A DNA stretch of 64,000 nt, taken from Sulfuricaulis sp. GTDB taxonomy: Bacteria; Pseudomonadota; Gammaproteobacteria; Acidiferrobacterales; Sulfurifustaceae. The stretch spans positions 51,088 to 115,087 of the forward strand of contig NZ_JANLGY010000017.1 in assembly GCF_024653915.1 (NCBI RefSeq). The letters are read 5' to 3'. This document shows, one piece after another, positions 1 to 11,398 of this stretch. The notes under the pieces were generated by a model, which had not been told where the DNA came from, searched no databases, and was given only the letters and a program-made list of their open reading frames with translations. Within the stretch, counting starts at the first letter, position 1, and each line of letters begins with the position of its first letter. The position numbers were made by a program, and so were the translations under genes.

Positions 1-2
1 TG

Positions 3-227
3 CGTGTCACGCATCGTTCTCTGTTCGATGGCACGGTGCAGGGGTTGCAACGCACCGACAAGCCGGCGTTCTGTTTCCAGGGGCATCCGGAAGCCAGCCC
101 TGGCCCGCATGATGTTTCACCTTTGTTTGATCGCTTCATTGAATCGATGAATCAGAACCAAACCACAGGGAGCACGGGGAAGACTTCCGTTCAACCCGCA
201 TCTCCGCGTGCCCCTGTAGTCAAATAA
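3..227 (+). CDS. carA: Carbamoyl-phosphate synthase small subunit, 3' end (truncated by window edge)
   Basis: Reads [14 protein letters not shown]...[15 protein letters not shown], the conserved CarA C-terminal glutaminase motif; directly upstream of carB. Confidence 0.96.
   Translation, partial: RVTHRSLFDGTVQGLQRTDKPAFCFQGHPEASPGPHDVSPLFDRFIESMNQNQTTGSTGKTSVQPASPRAPVVK
161..222. repeat. Inverted repeat with 9-nt-periodic arms (CACRGGGRR units) inside the carA 3' end
   Basis: Left arm aaccacagggagcacgggga (161-180); imperfect right arm tccgcgtgcccctgtagt (203-220). Confidence 0.8.
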
Positions 228-229
228 TC

Positions 230-3200
230 ATGCCAAAAAGAACTGACATCAAAAGCATAATGATTATCGGGGCCGGTCCGATCATCATCGGACAGGGTTG
301 CGAATTCGACTATTCGGGCGCGCAGGCCTGCAAGGCGCTCAAGGAGGAGGGCTATCGCGTCATCCTCGTCAATTCCAATCCGGCCACCATCATGACCGAT
401 CCGGAGATGGCCGACGCGACCTACATCGAGCCTATCACCTGGCCCACGATTTCCAAGATTATCGAGAAGGAGCGTCCGGACGCGCTGCTCCCGACCATGG
501 GCGGCCAGACAGCGCTCAATACGGCGCTCGATCTGGCGCGCGAAGGCGTGCTGGAAAAATTCGGCGTGCAGATGATCGGCGCCACGCGCGATGCCATCGA
601 CAAGGCTGAAGACCGCGAGCGCTTCAAGAAGGCCATGGAAACCATCGGCCTCAAGTGCGCGCGCGGCGCCATTGCCCACAGTATGGAGGAAGCGTTGCAG
701 GTACAGGCGGCGATCGGCTTCCCCGTCATCATCCGCCCCTCCTTTACGCTCGGTGGCACGGGTGGCGGCATCGCCTACAACAAGGATGAATTCGTCATCA
801 TTTGCGAGCGTGGCCTGGATGCCTCGCCCACGCGCGAATTGCTGATCGAGGAATCCATCATCGGCTGGAAGGAATACGAGATGGAGGTGGTGCGCGATCG
901 CCTGGACAACTGCATCATTATCTGTTCGATTGAGAATATTGATCCCATGGGCGTGCATACCGGCGATTCCATCACGGTAGCGCCGGCGCAGACGCTGACC
1001 GACAAGGAATATCAGATTATGCGTGACGCCTCGATCGCCTGTCTGCGCGAGATCGGGGTGGATACCGGCGGCTCGAACGTGCAGTTTGCAATCAACCCGA
1101 AAGACGGGCGCATGATCATCGTGGAGATGAACCCGCGCGTCTCGCGCTCCTCGGCACTGGCCTCCAAGGCCACGGGTTTTCCGATTGCCAAGATCGCCGC
1201 CAAGCTGGCGGTCGGTTATACGCTGGATGAGCTGAAGAACGACATTACCGGCGGCAAAACGCCAGCCTCGTTCGAGCCCACGATTGATTATGTGGTGACA
1301 AAAATTCCACGTTTTACCTTCGAGAAATTCCCCAAGGCCGATCCGACGCTGACCACCCAGATGAAATCGGTGGGAGAGGCGATGGCGATTGGCCGCACCT
1401 TCCAGGAGTCGTTTCAAAAGGCGCTACGCTCGCTCGAAACCGGAAGCTACGGCCTCGAATCGCGACTCGATCCTGCCGCCGACAAGGACGAAACGCGCAA
1501 GCGCCTGGTGCTCGCGCTGCGTGTGCCGGGATCGGAGCGCATCTGGCATCTGGCCGATGCCATGCGCTTTGGTATGACTCGGGAAGAAATATTTGATTTA
1601 TGCCACATCGATCCCTGGTTTCTGGCACAGATCGCCGATCTGGTTGAAACCGAAAAAACCATTGCGAAGTTTGGCAGGAAGAAACCATCCGCCGATCTGC
1701 TGCGCGCCTGGAAGCGCAAGGGTTTTTCCGATCGTCGTTTGGCCCAGCTGATGAAAGTGCCCGAAAAGAAAGCGCGTAAATGGCGTCATTCAGCCAAAGT
1801 GCGCCCGGTCTACAAGCGCGTTGATTCCTGCGCCGCTGAATTTGCCTCGTCCACGGCCTACATGTATTCCACCTATGAAGAGGAGTGCGAGGCCGCGCCC
1901 GAGAAAAAGAAAAAAATTATCGTGCTGGGAGGCGGACCGAACCGTATCGGCCAGGGCATTGAGTTCGATTACTGCTGCGTGCACGCCTCCTTTGCGCTGC
2001 GCGAAGACGGCTACCAGACCATCATGATCAACTGTAATCCGGAGACCGTGTCCACGGACTATGACACCTCCGACCGGCTGTACTTCGAACCGCTGACGCT
2101 GGAAGATGTGCTCGAAATCATTCATCTGGAAAAGCCCGAAGGCGTGATCGTGCAGTACGGCGGACAAACCCCGCTCAAGCTCGCTCGCGGGCTCGAGGCG
2201 GCGGGCGCACCGATTATCGGCACCAGCCCGGAATCGATCGACGTGGCCGAAGACCGCGAACGATTCCAGAAGTTGCTTAAAAAACTGAAGCTGTTGCAGC
2301 CGCCCAACGCCACCGCGCGCACAGCACAGGAGGCGGTGAAGCTGGCCGACAAGATCGGATACCCGCTGGTCGTGCGCCCTTCCTACGTGCTCGGCGGGCG
2401 TGCCATGGAAATCGTGCACGCACGCGAGGACCTGGAAACTTACATGCGCGTGGCGGTGCGCGTATCCGAGGATTCGCCGGTGTTGCTGGATCGCTTCCTC
2501 AACGACGCGACCGAAGTGGATGTCGACGCCGTGTCCGACGGCAAGCAGGTCATTATTGGTGGCATCATGGAGCATATCGAGGAGGCCGGCGTGCACTCCG
2601 GCGATTCGGCCTGTTCATTGCCGCCGTTTTCCCTGTCGAAGAAAATACAGGATGAAATGCGCGAACAGACTGTCAAAATGGCCAAGGCACTGAAGGTGGT
2701 CGGGCTGATGAACGTGCAGTTTGCCATCCAGAATGGCAAGGTTTACGTGTTAGAGGTGAACCCGCGTGCCTCGCGTACGGTGCCTTTCGTTTCCAAAGCC
2801 ACAGGGCGGCCGTTGGCCAAGATTGCGGCGCGTTGCATGGCAGGACAGTCACTGAAGAAGCAGGGCGTGTCCGGGGAGATTGTGCCTTCCTATTACTCGG
2901 TGAAGGAAGCGGTGTTTCCGTTCATCAAGTTCCCCGGCGTGGATACGATACTGGGCCCGGAGATGAAATCGACCGGTGAGGTTATGGGTGTTGGCCGCAG
3001 TTTTGGTGAGGCCTTTACCAAATCCCAGATCGCCGCGGGCAGTCCGATCCCGAACAGTGGTCGTATTTTCATCAGTGTTCGCGATGCGGATCAGATAGGG
3101 GTGGTCGAGGTCGCACGCTACTTTAGCAAGCACGGATTTGAGGTTCTGGCCACCCGTGGAACCGCCGCGGTGCTGGAGGCCGGTGGTGTCACCACGCGCG

Positions 3201-3454
3201 CGGTCAGCAAGCTGTCCGAGGGGCGGCCGAATATCATCGACATGATCATGAATGACGAGATTGACATAATTCTCAATACGGTTTCTGATAAACAAAGTCT
3301 CGCCGATTCATACGCCATCCGGCGCGAGGCTTTGCAGCATAAAGTGACTAACTACACGACGCTCGCGGCAGCGAAGGCCGCCTGTGAGGCACACCGTGCA
3401 GCCGGGCACATGCGTGTCAGTCGGCTGCAAGACCTTCATAAGGAACTTGTATGA
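230..3454 (+). CDS. carB: Carbamoyl-phosphate synthase large subunit
   Basis: [30 protein letters not shown] start, duplicated ATP-grasp halves, C-terminal MGS domain, 1074 aa. Confidence 0.99.
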   Translation: MPKRTDIKSIMIIGAGPIIIGQGCEFDYSGAQACKALKEEGYRVILVNSNPATIMTDPEMADATYIEPITWPTISKIIEKERPDALLPTMGGQTALNTALDLAREGVLEKFGVQMIGATRDAIDKAEDRERFKKAMETIGLKCARGAIAHSMEEALQVQAAIGFPVIIRPSFTLGGTGGGIAYNKDEFVIICERGLDASPTRELLIEESIIGWKEYEMEVVRDRLDNCIIICSIENIDPMGVHTGDSITVAPAQTLTDKEYQIMRDASIACLREIGVDTGGSNVQFAINPKDGRMIIVEMNPRVSRSSALASKATGFPIAKIAAKLAVGYTLDELKNDITGGKTPASFEPTIDYVVTKIPRFTFEKFPKADPTLTTQMKSVGEAMAIGRTFQESFQKALRSLETGSYGLESRLDPAADKDETRKRLVLALRVPGSERIWHLADAMRFGMTREEIFDLCHIDPWFLAQIADLVETEKTIAKFGRKKPSADLLRAWKRKGFSDRRLAQLMKVPEKKARKWRHSAKVRPVYKRVDSCAAEFASSTAYMYSTYEEECEAAPEKKKKIIVLGGGPNRIGQGIEFDYCCVHASFALREDGYQTIMINCNPETVSTDYDTSDRLYFEPLTLEDVLEIIHLEKPEGVIVQYGGQTPLKLARGLEAAGAPIIGTSPESIDVAEDRERFQKLLKKLKLLQPPNATARTAQEAVKLADKIGYPLVVRPSYVLGGRAMEIVHAREDLETYMRVAVRVSEDSPVLLDRFLNDATEVDVDAVSDGKQVIIGGIMEHIEEAGVHSGDSACSLPPFSLSKKIQDEMREQTVKMAKALKVVGLMNVQFAIQNGKVYVLEVNPRASRTVPFVSKATGRPLAKIAARCMAGQSLKKQGVSGEIVPSYYSVKEAVFPFIKFPGVDTILGPEMKSTGEVMGVGRSFGEAFTKSQIAAGSPIPNSGRIFISVRDADQIGVVEVARYFSKHGFEVLATRGTAAVLEAGGVTTRAVSKLSEGRPNIIDMIMNDEIDIILNTVSDKQSLADSYAIRREALQHKVTNYTTLAAAKAACEAHRAAGHMRVSRLQDLHKELV

Positions 3455-3927
3455 AAAAGACGCCCATGACCGTCACGGGGGCAGAGAAGCTGAAAGTCGA
3501 GCTTCACCGCCTGAAGACCGTGGAGCGTCCACGCATTATCCGTGCGATTGCTGAGGCGCGTTCACACGGCGACCTTTCGGAGAACGCCGAGTATCACGCG
3601 GCCAAGGAACAGCAGGGCTTTGTCGAAGGGCGCATTGCCGATCTCGACCTCAAGCTCGCGACGGCGCAGGTCATTGATCCCTTGACGGTCAACGCCAACG
3701 GTCGGGTGGTGTTCGGAGCCACGCTGAACCTCATCGATGAGCAGTCGAGTGAGGAGGTGACTTACCAGATTGTCGGAGATTATGAGGCGGATATTGCTTC
3801 GGGAATGATTTCCATCAGTTCACCGATCGCCCGCGCACTCATCGGCAAGGAATTGGGCGATGTGGTTGAGGTGCAGGTGCCGGGTGGTGTGCGCTCCTAC
3901 GAGATTCTTGCTATCCGTTATATCTGA
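3451..3927 (+). CDS. greA: Transcription elongation factor GreA
   Basis: [17 protein letters not shown] motif and [14 protein letters not shown]; ATGA overlap with carB. Confidence 0.98.
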   Translation: MKKTPMTVTGAEKLKVELHRLKTVERPRIIRAIAEARSHGDLSENAEYHAAKEQQGFVEGRIADLDLKLATAQVIDPLTVNANGRVVFGATLNLIDEQSSEEVTYQIVGDYEADIASGMISISSPIARALIGKELGDVVEVQVPGGVRSYEILAIRYI

Positions 3928-3938
3928 TCTGTTTTCCT

Positions 3939-4232
3939 TTATTCTGGAAGTTTCAGGCGCGCTTTTTTCGCCCGGCGGTAGATGACCGCCATGCGGCCGA
4001 TTTCCTGCACGGCCTCGGCCCTGGTCGTTTCACAGATTTCCTCCAGCAGCGTGTGTCGCGCGTCACGATCGATCCCCGGCAGACGAATCTTGAGCAGTTC
4101 GTGGGCGTCGAGCGCTTGGGTTATTTCCTTGACTACCGCGGCCGTAACACCGGCATTTCCTACCTGTATCACGGGTTTAAAGTGATGGGCCAGCGCCTTC
4201 AGATATTTCCGCTGTTTAGCACTCAAAGCCAT
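3939..4232 (-). CDS. yhbY: YhbY/CRM-domain RNA-binding ribosome assembly protein
   Basis: LSAKQRKYLKALAHHFKPVIQVG...HELLKIR...QEIGRMAVIYR; conserved greA-yhbY-rlmE-ftsH context. Confidence 0.95.
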   Translation of the reverse strand: MALSAKQRKYLKALAHHFKPVIQVGNAGVTAAVVKEITQALDAHELLKIRLPGIDRDARHTLLEEICETTRAEAVQEIGRMAVIYRRAKKARLKLPE

Positions 4233-4303
4233 ATATATAATGAATCGCTACTCACTCACGTTCATGAATTTGCGCATCATACCGCAGCCCCGCCCAATCC
4301 CCC

Positions 4304-4927
4304 ATGCCCCGCACCAAGAGCAGCCAGCGTTGGCTGGCGCGTAACGCCAAGGACAAATACGTCAAGCGCGCGCGCGAGGAAGGCGCTCGTTCGCGTGCGA
4401 TTTACAAGCTTGAGGAAATTGACCGCCGCGATCACCTGCTGCGACCGGACATGACGGTGATTGATCTGGGCGCCGCACCGGGAGGCTGGTCCCAATACGT
4501 CAAAAGCCGCGTGGGTGAGTCTGGAAGGGTGCTGGCGCTGGATATCCTGCCGATGGAGCCGATTGTCGGCGTCGAGTTCATCGAGGGCGATTTCACGGAA
4601 CAGCCGGTGCTAGACTTGTTAATGCAGCGTATCCAGGGCAAACCGGTGGATCTTGTAATCTCGGACCTGGCCCCCAATATGACTGGTGTGGCCTCCGTGG
4701 ATCAGGCGCGTGGCATGAATCTGGCGGAACTTGTGCTCGAATTCTCCGACAAATCGCTGAAGCCGGGAGGTTCGCTGCTCATCAAAGCCTTTCAGGGCTC
4801 AGGGTTTAACGAGTTATACGCACAATTGCGCCGACGCTTCGAAAAGCTCGTGGCACGCAAACCATCGGCATCGCGCGCGGAGAGCAAGGAAATTTATCTT
4901 CTGGGCAGGGGGTTTAGAGGTGTCTGA
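4304..4927 (+). CDS. rlmE: 23S rRNA Um2552 2'-O-methyltransferase RlmE (FtsJ/RrmJ)
   Basis: RSRAIYKLEEID, DLGAAPGGWSQ, SDLAPN and KPSASRAESKEIY motifs. Confidence 0.98.
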   Translation: MPRTKSSQRWLARNAKDKYVKRAREEGARSRAIYKLEEIDRRDHLLRPDMTVIDLGAAPGGWSQYVKSRVGESGRVLALDILPMEPIVGVEFIEGDFTEQPVLDLLMQRIQGKPVDLVISDLAPNMTGVASVDQARGMNLAELVLEFSDKSLKPGGSLLIKAFQGSGFNELYAQLRRRFEKLVARKPSASRAESKEIYLLGRGFRGV

Positions 4928-5054
4928 GCAAAAACGTTGTTTGCCAGGAGACATCATAGGAAAATGCGGGTATGGGATGAAGGCGCCATTACGGGTGCTG
5001 CGGGCAAGGAAATAATGCGGCCCTACTTCGTTTGTTTTTATTAAGAGGTAATAC

Positions 5055-6962
5055 TTGAACAATCTCACCAAGAATCTCCTGTTGTGGCTCGTCATCGCCA
5101 TTGTGCTGATGTCGGTATTCAACAATTTCGGTAACCGCCAGCAGGCCACGCGCCCGATGGAATACTCGACCTTTGTCCAGAAAGTCCGCGGCGATGAAGT
5201 CGAACGGGTTACGATCCAGGGCCGTGAAATCACGGGCAAGCTCAAGGGCGGCGAGAGTTTCACCACCTACAATCCGGGCGACCAGCAGATCTTCAACGAC
5301 CTTATTGACCGCAAGGTTCAGTTTGAAGGCAAGCCGCAGGAAGAACAGTCACTGTTGTTGACCATTTTCATCAACTGGTTCCCGCTGTTGTTGTTGGTCG
5401 GTGTTTGGGTATTCTTCATGCGCCAGATGCAGGGCGGCATGGGTGGCCGCGGCGCCATGAGTTTCGGCAAGAGCAAGGCACGCATGTTGTCCGAGGAGCA
5501 GAACAAGATCACCTTTGACGACGTCGCCGGTGTCGAAGAGGCCAAGGAAGAAGTGGGCGAGCTGGTGGAATTCCTGCGCGATCCTTCCAAATTCCAGAAA
5601 CTCGGCGGCCGTATTCCCAAGGGCGTGCTTATGACCGGAGCGCCCGGGACCGGCAAGACGCTGCTCGCCAAGGCCATCGCCGGCGAGGCCAAAGTGCCGT
5701 TCTTTTCTATTTCCGGTTCTGACTTTGTCGAGATGTTCGTCGGCGTTGGTGCCTCGCGCGTGCGCGACATGTTCGAGCAGGCCAAGAAGCACGCACCCTG
5801 TATTATCTTCATTGACGAAATTGATGCCGTCGGACGCCAGCGCGGTGCCGGTCTGGGCGGCGGTCACGACGAGCGTGAACAGACGCTGAACCAGCTGCTG
5901 GTCGAGATGGACGGGTTCGAGGGTACCGAGGGCGTGATCGTGATCGCCGCGACCAACCGGCCGGACGTGCTCGACCCGGCCCTGCTGCGCCCCGGTCGTT
6001 TCGACCGCCAGGTGTACGTGCCGCTGCCCGACATCCGCGGGCGCGAGCAGATACTCAAGGTGCACATGCGCAAGGTGCCGGTATCGGATGACGTGGATGC
6101 CAATATTATTGCCCGCGGCACACCCGGTTTCTCCGGTGCCGATCTGGCCAACCTCGTGAACGAGGCGGCGCTGTTTGCCGCGCGCTTCAACAAGCGCCTC
6201 GTGGACATGCAGGATTTTGAGAAGGCCAAAGACAAAGTCATCATGGGCGCGGAACGCCGCTCCATTGTCATGCCGGAAAAGGAGCGCATGAACACCGCCT
6301 ATCACGAGTCCGGTCACACGGTGGTGGCGAAGTCGCTGCCGAACACCGATCCGGTGCACAAGGTGACTATCATCCCGCGCGGTCGCGCGCTCGGTGTCAC
6401 CATGCAGTTGCCGACGGAAGACCGCTACAGCCACGACCGCGAGTCGTTACTCTCGACCATATCGGTGCTAATGGGCGGACGCATTGCCGAAGAAGTGTTC
6501 ATGCACCAGATGACCACCGGCGCTTCCAACGATTTCGAGCGTGCCACTGATCTGGCGCGCAACATGGTCATGCGCTGGGGCATGTCCGACGTGCTGGGCA
6601 CGCGCGTCTATGGCGATAACCAGAGTGAAGTGTTTCTGGGACGCGACGTGATGACACACAAGAACATGAGCAATGCCGTGGCCGAGGCGGTGGACAAGGA
6701 GATTCGTCGTATTGTCGACGAACAGTATGCGCGGGCGCGCGCCATCATCGAGGAGAACCGCGAAAAAGTTGAAAAAATGGCGAAAGCACTGCTGGAATGG
6801 GAGACGCTTGAATCCGACCAGATCGAGGACATCATGAAGGGCAGGGAACCGCGCCCGCCGGCAGACACGGGTGGTAAGCCCAAGGGCGATGTTGGCAGCC
6901 CGAAGAAGCCGAGCGGCAAGGCCGTGAAGCCGCGCCTCGATTCACCCGCGGGCGAACACTGA
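5055..6962 (+). CDS. ftsH: ATP-dependent zinc metalloprotease FtsH
   Basis: Two N-terminal TM segments, Walker A GAPGTGKT, Walker [17 protein letters not shown] zinc motif; TTG start after an AGAGG RBS. Confidence 0.99.
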   Translation: MNNLTKNLLLWLVIAIVLMSVFNNFGNRQQATRPMEYSTFVQKVRGDEVERVTIQGREITGKLKGGESFTTYNPGDQQIFNDLIDRKVQFEGKPQEEQSLLLTIFINWFPLLLLVGVWVFFMRQMQGGMGGRGAMSFGKSKARMLSEEQNKITFDDVAGVEEAKEEVGELVEFLRDPSKFQKLGGRIPKGVLMTGAPGTGKTLLAKAIAGEAKVPFFSISGSDFVEMFVGVGASRVRDMFEQAKKHAPCIIFIDEIDAVGRQRGAGLGGGHDEREQTLNQLLVEMDGFEGTEGVIVIAATNRPDVLDPALLRPGRFDRQVYVPLPDIRGREQILKVHMRKVPVSDDVDANIIARGTPGFSGADLANLVNEAALFAARFNKRLVDMQDFEKAKDKVIMGAERRSIVMPEKERMNTAYHESGHTVVAKSLPNTDPVHKVTIIPRGRALGVTMQLPTEDRYSHDRESLLSTISVLMGGRIAEEVFMHQMTTGASNDFERATDLARNMVMRWGMSDVLGTRVYGDNQSEVFLGRDVMTHKNMSNAVAEAVDKEIRRIVDEQYARARAIIEENREKVEKMAKALLEWETLESDQIEDIMKGREPRPPADTGGKPKGDVGSPKKPSGKAVKPRLDSPAGEH

Positions 6963-6968
6963 ACTGAA

Positions 6969-7811
6969 ATGACAGTTCTGGATTGCGCCGGGCGGCCGCT
7001 CGATTTGCGCCGTCCAGCGGTGATGGGCATCCTGAATATCACCCCCGATTCTTTTTCAGACGGGGGTGTTTTTTTGTCTCCTGATAAAGCGATTGCCCAG
7101 GCACTGCGGATGGCGGAGGCGGGTGCCGATATTATCGATATTGGTGGCGAATCCACGCGACCCGGCGCGCGGCCAGTATCGGCGCAGGAGGAAATTGACC
7201 GGGTGCTTCCGGTGGTGGAAGCGCTGCACAAGAAAATTCCTCTGCCCATTTCGATAGACACTTCCAAACCCGAAGTCATGCGCGCCGCCGTCAAGGCCGG
7301 GGCGGGGTTTATCAATGATGTGCGCGCCCTGCGCGAAGCCGGCGCACTGGAGGCGTCGAAGCAGCTCGGTGTGCCGGTGTGCCTGATGCACATGTCTGGC
7401 GAACCGCGCACCATGCAGGATGCCCCCCGCTACGCCGATGTGGTGGGTGAGGTTCGGGATTTTCTCGAGGAACGGCTGGGCGCCTGTATGAATGCGGGCA
7501 TTCCGGCGCAACGGCTGGTCATTGATCCCGGCTTCGGTTTCGGCAAGACGCTGGAACATAATATAGAATTACTGCGTGGCCTGAAGAAGCTGCAAAGTCT
7601 GGGCGCACCGGTGCTGGTCGGGTTGTCGCGCAAGTCCATGATCGGCCAGTTGCTGGGTTTGCCGGTGGAACAGCGACTGTACGCAAGTGTGGCGCTGGCC
7701 GTGATGGCGGTGCAGCAAGGTGCCTGTATTGTGCGGGTACACGATGTCGGTCCGACGGTCGAGGCGCTGCGCATGTGGGCCGCCGTGTATCCCGAAAGCA
7801 TGAGAGAATAG
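6969..7811 (+). CDS. folP: Dihydropteroate synthase
   Basis: MGILNITPDSFSDGG, DIGGESTRPG, IDPGFGFGKT and GLSRKS motifs. Confidence 0.98.
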   Translation: MTVLDCAGRPLDLRRPAVMGILNITPDSFSDGGVFLSPDKAIAQALRMAEAGADIIDIGGESTRPGARPVSAQEEIDRVLPVVEALHKKIPLPISIDTSKPEVMRAAVKAGAGFINDVRALREAGALEASKQLGVPVCLMHMSGEPRTMQDAPRYADVVGEVRDFLEERLGACMNAGIPAQRLVIDPGFGFGKTLEHNIELLRGLKKLQSLGAPVLVGLSRKSMIGQLLGLPVEQRLYASVALAVMAVQQGACIVRVHDVGPTVEALRMWAAVYPESMRE

Positions 7812-7814
7812 AAC

Positions 7815-9173
7815 ATGAGCCATAAACGCCGTTTTTTCGGCACCGATGGTATCCGCGGGAAAGTAGGTGAAGAACCGATCACGCCGGAAACCGTGCTCAA
7901 GCTTGGCTGGGCGGCGGGTCGTGTGCTGGGCCAGGGATCGACCGAACACGCTGTAATTCTGATTGGAAAGGACACGCGCGTTTCCGGTTACCTGCTGGAG
8001 TCCCTGCTCGAAGCCGGTCTCTCGGCCGCCGGGGTAGACATCCGTCTGCTCGGACCGATGCCGACACCCGCCATTGCCTATCTGACTCGCACGGCCCGTG
8101 CCCGTGCCGGCATTGTAATTTCAGCCTCGCACAATCCATTCGATGACAACGGCATCAAGTTTTTTTCCTCCGAGGGTACCAAGCTGCCGGATGATGTTGA
8201 GTTCGCTATTGAAGACATGATGCAACAGCCGCTGGCGACCGCTGGACCCGATGCACTGGGCAAGGCTTGGCGCTACGAAGATGCCGGAGGACGCTACATC
8301 GAATTTTGCAAAAGCACCTTCCCCCACCGTTTGAGTCTGGAAGGACTCAAGATTGTCGTGGACTGTGCGAACGGGGCGGCCTATCACATCGCGCCCCTTG
8401 TATTCAGCGAACTCGGTGCTGAAGTCGTGGCGGTGGCGAATGAGCCTGACGGCTTCAACATAAACCACGAATGTGGCGCCACCTTTCCGATTTTTCTCAA
8501 GAAGACCGTGCTGGCGCACAAGGCCGATCTCGGTATTGCGTTGGACGGTGACGGCGACCGGGTGATCATGGTCGATAGTCGAGGTGAAATCGTGGATGGC
8601 GATCACCTGCTTTACATCATTGCCATGGACCGGAAGCAGTCAGGGCGGTTGCACGGCGGGGTGGTAGGCACGCTTATGAGCAATCTCGGACTGGAACACG
8701 CCTGCGGCAGACTGGGCGTTCCTTTCAAGCGCGCGGCGGTCGGCGATCGTCACGTGCTGAGCATGCTGAACGAACATGATTGGGAGTTGGGGGGTGAGAC
8801 TTCCGGCCATATCATTTGCCTCGATCGTTCCAGCACGGGTGATGGCATCATCGCTGCATTGCAGGTGCTGGCGGCCATGCGCGGGACCGGCAAGACCCTC
8901 GCCGATCTCAAAAGCGGTCTCGAGATTTATCCGCAGACCATGATCAATGTGCGCATGTCACGCCGTTTTGACGTCAAGGAATCACCGCGTGTGCAGCAGG
9001 CCCTCAAGGCAGTTGAAAATGAGCTGGCGGACAATGGACGCGTGGTACTGCGTGCTTCGGGCACCGAGCCGGTGGTGCGTGTCATGGTCGAGGGCCGCGA
9101 CGCCGTGCAGGTCGAGCGTCTGACCCGTCATCTCGCCGATACCGTGAAAAGCGCGGCCGAAGCCGCGGCGTGA
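7815..9173 (+). CDS. glmM: Phosphoglucosamine mutase
   Basis: [16 protein letters not shown] (phosphoserine), DGDGDR and GGETSGH motifs. Confidence 0.98.
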   Translation: MSHKRRFFGTDGIRGKVGEEPITPETVLKLGWAAGRVLGQGSTEHAVILIGKDTRVSGYLLESLLEAGLSAAGVDIRLLGPMPTPAIAYLTRTARARAGIVISASHNPFDDNGIKFFSSEGTKLPDDVEFAIEDMMQQPLATAGPDALGKAWRYEDAGGRYIEFCKSTFPHRLSLEGLKIVVDCANGAAYHIAPLVFSELGAEVVAVANEPDGFNINHECGATFPIFLKKTVLAHKADLGIALDGDGDRVIMVDSRGEIVDGDHLLYIIAMDRKQSGRLHGGVVGTLMSNLGLEHACGRLGVPFKRAAVGDRHVLSMLNEHDWELGGETSGHIICLDRSSTGDGIIAALQVLAAMRGTGKTLADLKSGLEIYPQTMINVRMSRRFDVKESPRVQQALKAVENELADNGRVVLRASGTEPVVRVMVEGRDAVQVERLTRHLADTVKSAAEAAA

Positions 9174-9185
9174 CGGAAAGAAATG

Positions 9186-9453
9186 AATAGACAGGATTTA
9201 CAGGGCGAAGCGGAGTAGTCGCCGATGTACTTAACGTACATCGGCGCCGCTGAGCGCCCGCACATGGATGTGCGGGCCGGGGAAAAACGAAGCCCTGCCG
9301 CGACGCCAGGGAAGGCATACTTGCCGTCCCTGGCGAGACCATGAAAACTTCGACATACTCGGCCCCGCCATCCGTGGCGGGGCGCTCGCCGGGACGAAGA
9401 CATGTTAAGTGTCTTCGTCTGTTTCCGGCTCGCCCTGCTTAATCCTGTCCATT
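9186..9453. repeat. ACAGGAT-type inverted repeat enclosing five internal hairpins (composite palindromic element)
   Basis: Outer arms aatagacaggatttacagggcg (9186-9207) and cgccctgcttaatcctgtccatt (9431-9453); internal stems at 9220-9246, 9256-9277, 9304-9335, 9362-9383 and 9393-9419. Confidence 0.9.
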
Positions 9454-9476
9454 TTCTGGTTTTTGCCTTTCTGAAA

Positions 9477-9505
9477 TTGCTTTCCCACGCCGGCATCGGT
9501 AACAT
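9477..9505 (+). promoter_or_regulatory. Putative sigma70 promoter of tpiA
   Basis: TTGCTT-17 bp-TAACAT followed by GC-rich CGCGCCC. Confidence 0.55.
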
Positions 9506-9551
9506 CGCGCCCGTTTTTCGAGAGATTTAAGACGAATATGGGGAGGTCCTG

Positions 9552-10310
9552 ATGACGAAGCGTCGGCCACTGGTGGCGGGCAATTGGAAGATGAATGGCT
9601 CGCGGACGGAATCTGCGGCCCTCCTGGACGGAATCAAAAAAGGCATCAGTTCCACGTCCAAGGCAGAAGCGGCTGTGTGCCCCCCGTATGTCCTGATACC
9701 GTTGGCGGCCGAGAAACTGGCCGGGAGTGCGGTGGCTTGGGGCGGGCAGAACCTGTCGGTGCATAAATCTGGCGCCTTTACCGGCGAGATCTCCGGTCCG
9801 ATGCTCAAGGATTACGGCTGTACTTATGTTATCGTCGGTCATTCCGAGCGTCGCACGCTGTATGGCGAAAATGACGCCATGGTGACTGAGAAGTACGGTG
9901 CGGCCCAAGCCGTGGGATTGATACCTATATTATGTGTTGGCGAGACCCTGCAGGAACGGGAAGCGAATCAGACCGAGGCGGTTGTAGCGCGCCAGCTTGA
10001 TGCCGTGCTGAGCAAGCATGGCATCGCCAGTTTCAAGAATGCCGTGATCGCTTATGAGCCCGTCTGGGCCATCGGCACTGGCAAGACGGCGACACCCCAG
10101 CAGGCCCAGGATGTGCACCGTTTTATCCGCAGCCGACTGGCGACCAAGGATAAAACCATAGCGGAAAGCACGCGCATTCTTTATGGCGGCAGCATGAAGG
10201 GCAGCAACGCGAAGGAGCTTCTGGCCCAGGCAGATATTGATGGGGGCTTGATCGGCGGGGCGTCGCTGCAAGCGGACGAGTTCCTGACGATTTGCCACGC
10301 AGCCGACTGA
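9552..10310 (+). CDS. tpiA: Triosephosphate isomerase
   Basis: VAGNWKMN, VGHSERR, AYEPVWAIGTG, LYGGS and LIGGASL motifs. Confidence 0.99.
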   Translation: MTKRRPLVAGNWKMNGSRTESAALLDGIKKGISSTSKAEAAVCPPYVLIPLAAEKLAGSAVAWGGQNLSVHKSGAFTGEISGPMLKDYGCTYVIVGHSERRTLYGENDAMVTEKYGAAQAVGLIPILCVGETLQEREANQTEAVVARQLDAVLSKHGIASFKNAVIAYEPVWAIGTGKTATPQQAQDVHRFIRSRLATKDKTIAESTRILYGGSMKGSNAKELLAQADIDGGLIGGASLQADEFLTICHAAD

Positions 10311-10343
10311 CAATTGCATATCCATGTGCATCGGAGTTAATTG

Positions 10344-10691
10344 ATGAGAGACATAGTATTAGTTGTTGATGTCATTGCGGCCGTGGCGCTGATCGGCCTG
10401 ATCCTGTTGCAACAGGGTAAGGGCGCGGATATTGGCGCCGCTTTTGGCAGCGGCGCCTCGCAAACCTTGTTTGGCAGCCGCGGTTCGGCCAATTTTTTGA
10501 CGCGCACGACGGCAATTCTGGGAACGGTCTTTTTCCTCTCCAACCTGGGAATGGCCTGGTTGCATGCGCAACAGACGGTGCCAGCGAGCGTTACGAAGAG
10601 TGTGGTTATTGAACAGCCGGCAAAAACCGAGACGCCGGCACTACCCACCGATGTCCCCGCCGTGCCCAAGGCGCCCGAAGTGCCCAGGTGA
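10344..10691 (+). CDS. secG: Preprotein translocase subunit SecG
   Basis: LILLQQGKGADIGAAFGSGASQTLFGSRG...NFLTRTT; tpiA-secG-tRNA-Leu context. Confidence 0.97.
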   Translation: MRDIVLVVDVIAAVALIGLILLQQGKGADIGAAFGSGASQTLFGSRGSANFLTRTTAILGTVFFLSNLGMAWLHAQQTVPASVTKSVVIEQPAKTETPALPTDVPAVPKAPEVPR

Positions 10692-10726
10692 TGTAACGCG
10701 TTTCACGTTACGGGTTTTGAATTCAA

Positions 10727-10811
10727 GCCGACGTGGTGAAATTGGTATACACGCTACCTTGAGGTGGTAGTGGCGAAAGCCGTGAGAGTTCGAGTCTCTC
10801 CGTCGGCACCA
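10727..10811 (+). tRNA. tRNA-Leu(GAG)
   Basis: GCCGACG acceptor pairing with CGTCGGC-A-CCA; anticodon arm CTACC-TTGAGGT-GGTAG; long variable arm; GTTCGAG T-loop; 85 nt. Confidence 0.98.
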
Positions 10812-10947
10812 TTCAGTCTTGTGTTATCCCGCGTGTATTGTGTGACGTAAAATAATGTTTACACCGCTCGTATCAATAGGTGTTCTTTATACCCCTAAAA
10901 GTGACTTAACCCTTTGAAGGGTATCGGTTTGTGTTCCTGTTGTTTGC

Positions 10948-10977
10948 TTGACATCCTTTGCAGCGAAAGCCTAGACT
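10948..10977 (+). promoter_or_regulatory. Putative sigma70 promoter of the nuo operon
   Basis: TTGACA (10948-53), 18 bp, TAGACT (10972-77), about 60 nt upstream of nuoA. Confidence 0.6.
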
Positions 10978-11037
10978 CGCCGGCTCATTCATTTTCATGC
11001 GCGGATTGAACTCCGCTGGTGAATTCCCGGGGCTCGG

Positions 11038-11394
11038 ATGCTGCAAGCTTATCTTCCCATCCTGATATTTATTGGCGTTGCCCTGGTCATGGGTGGCGTT
11101 ATCGTTCTGGCTGGCCGGGTGCTGGGCCCGAATCGTCCGGACAGTGCCAAGCTATCGCCTTATGAATGCGGTTTTGAGGCATTCGAAGACACGCGCATGA
11201 AGTTCGACGTGCGTTATTACCTCGTCGCCATCCTTTTCATCATTTTTGACCTCGAAATTGCATTCCTGTTTCCCTGGGCCGTGGCGTTGCAGGAAATCGG
11301 TATGTTCGGTTTTGTTTCCATGATGGTATTTCTCGGCATTCTTGTGGTCGGTTTCATTTATGAATGGAAGAAAGGCGCTTTAGAATGGGAGTAG
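11038..11394 (+). CDS. nuoA: NADH-quinone oxidoreductase subunit A
   Basis: [25 protein letters not shown] and [10 protein letters not shown] motifs. Confidence 0.98.
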   Translation: MLQAYLPILIFIGVALVMGGVIVLAGRVLGPNRPDSAKLSPYECGFEAFEDTRMKFDVRYYLVAILFIIFDLEIAFLFPWAVALQEIGMFGFVSMMVFLGILVVGFIYEWKKGALEWE

Positions 11395-11398
11395 CGAC

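Noticed and set aside
10693-10711. GTAACG...CGTTAC hairpin between secG and tRNA-Leu
   Set aside because: Only a 6-bp stem with no U-tract; too weak to call a terminator or repeat copy.
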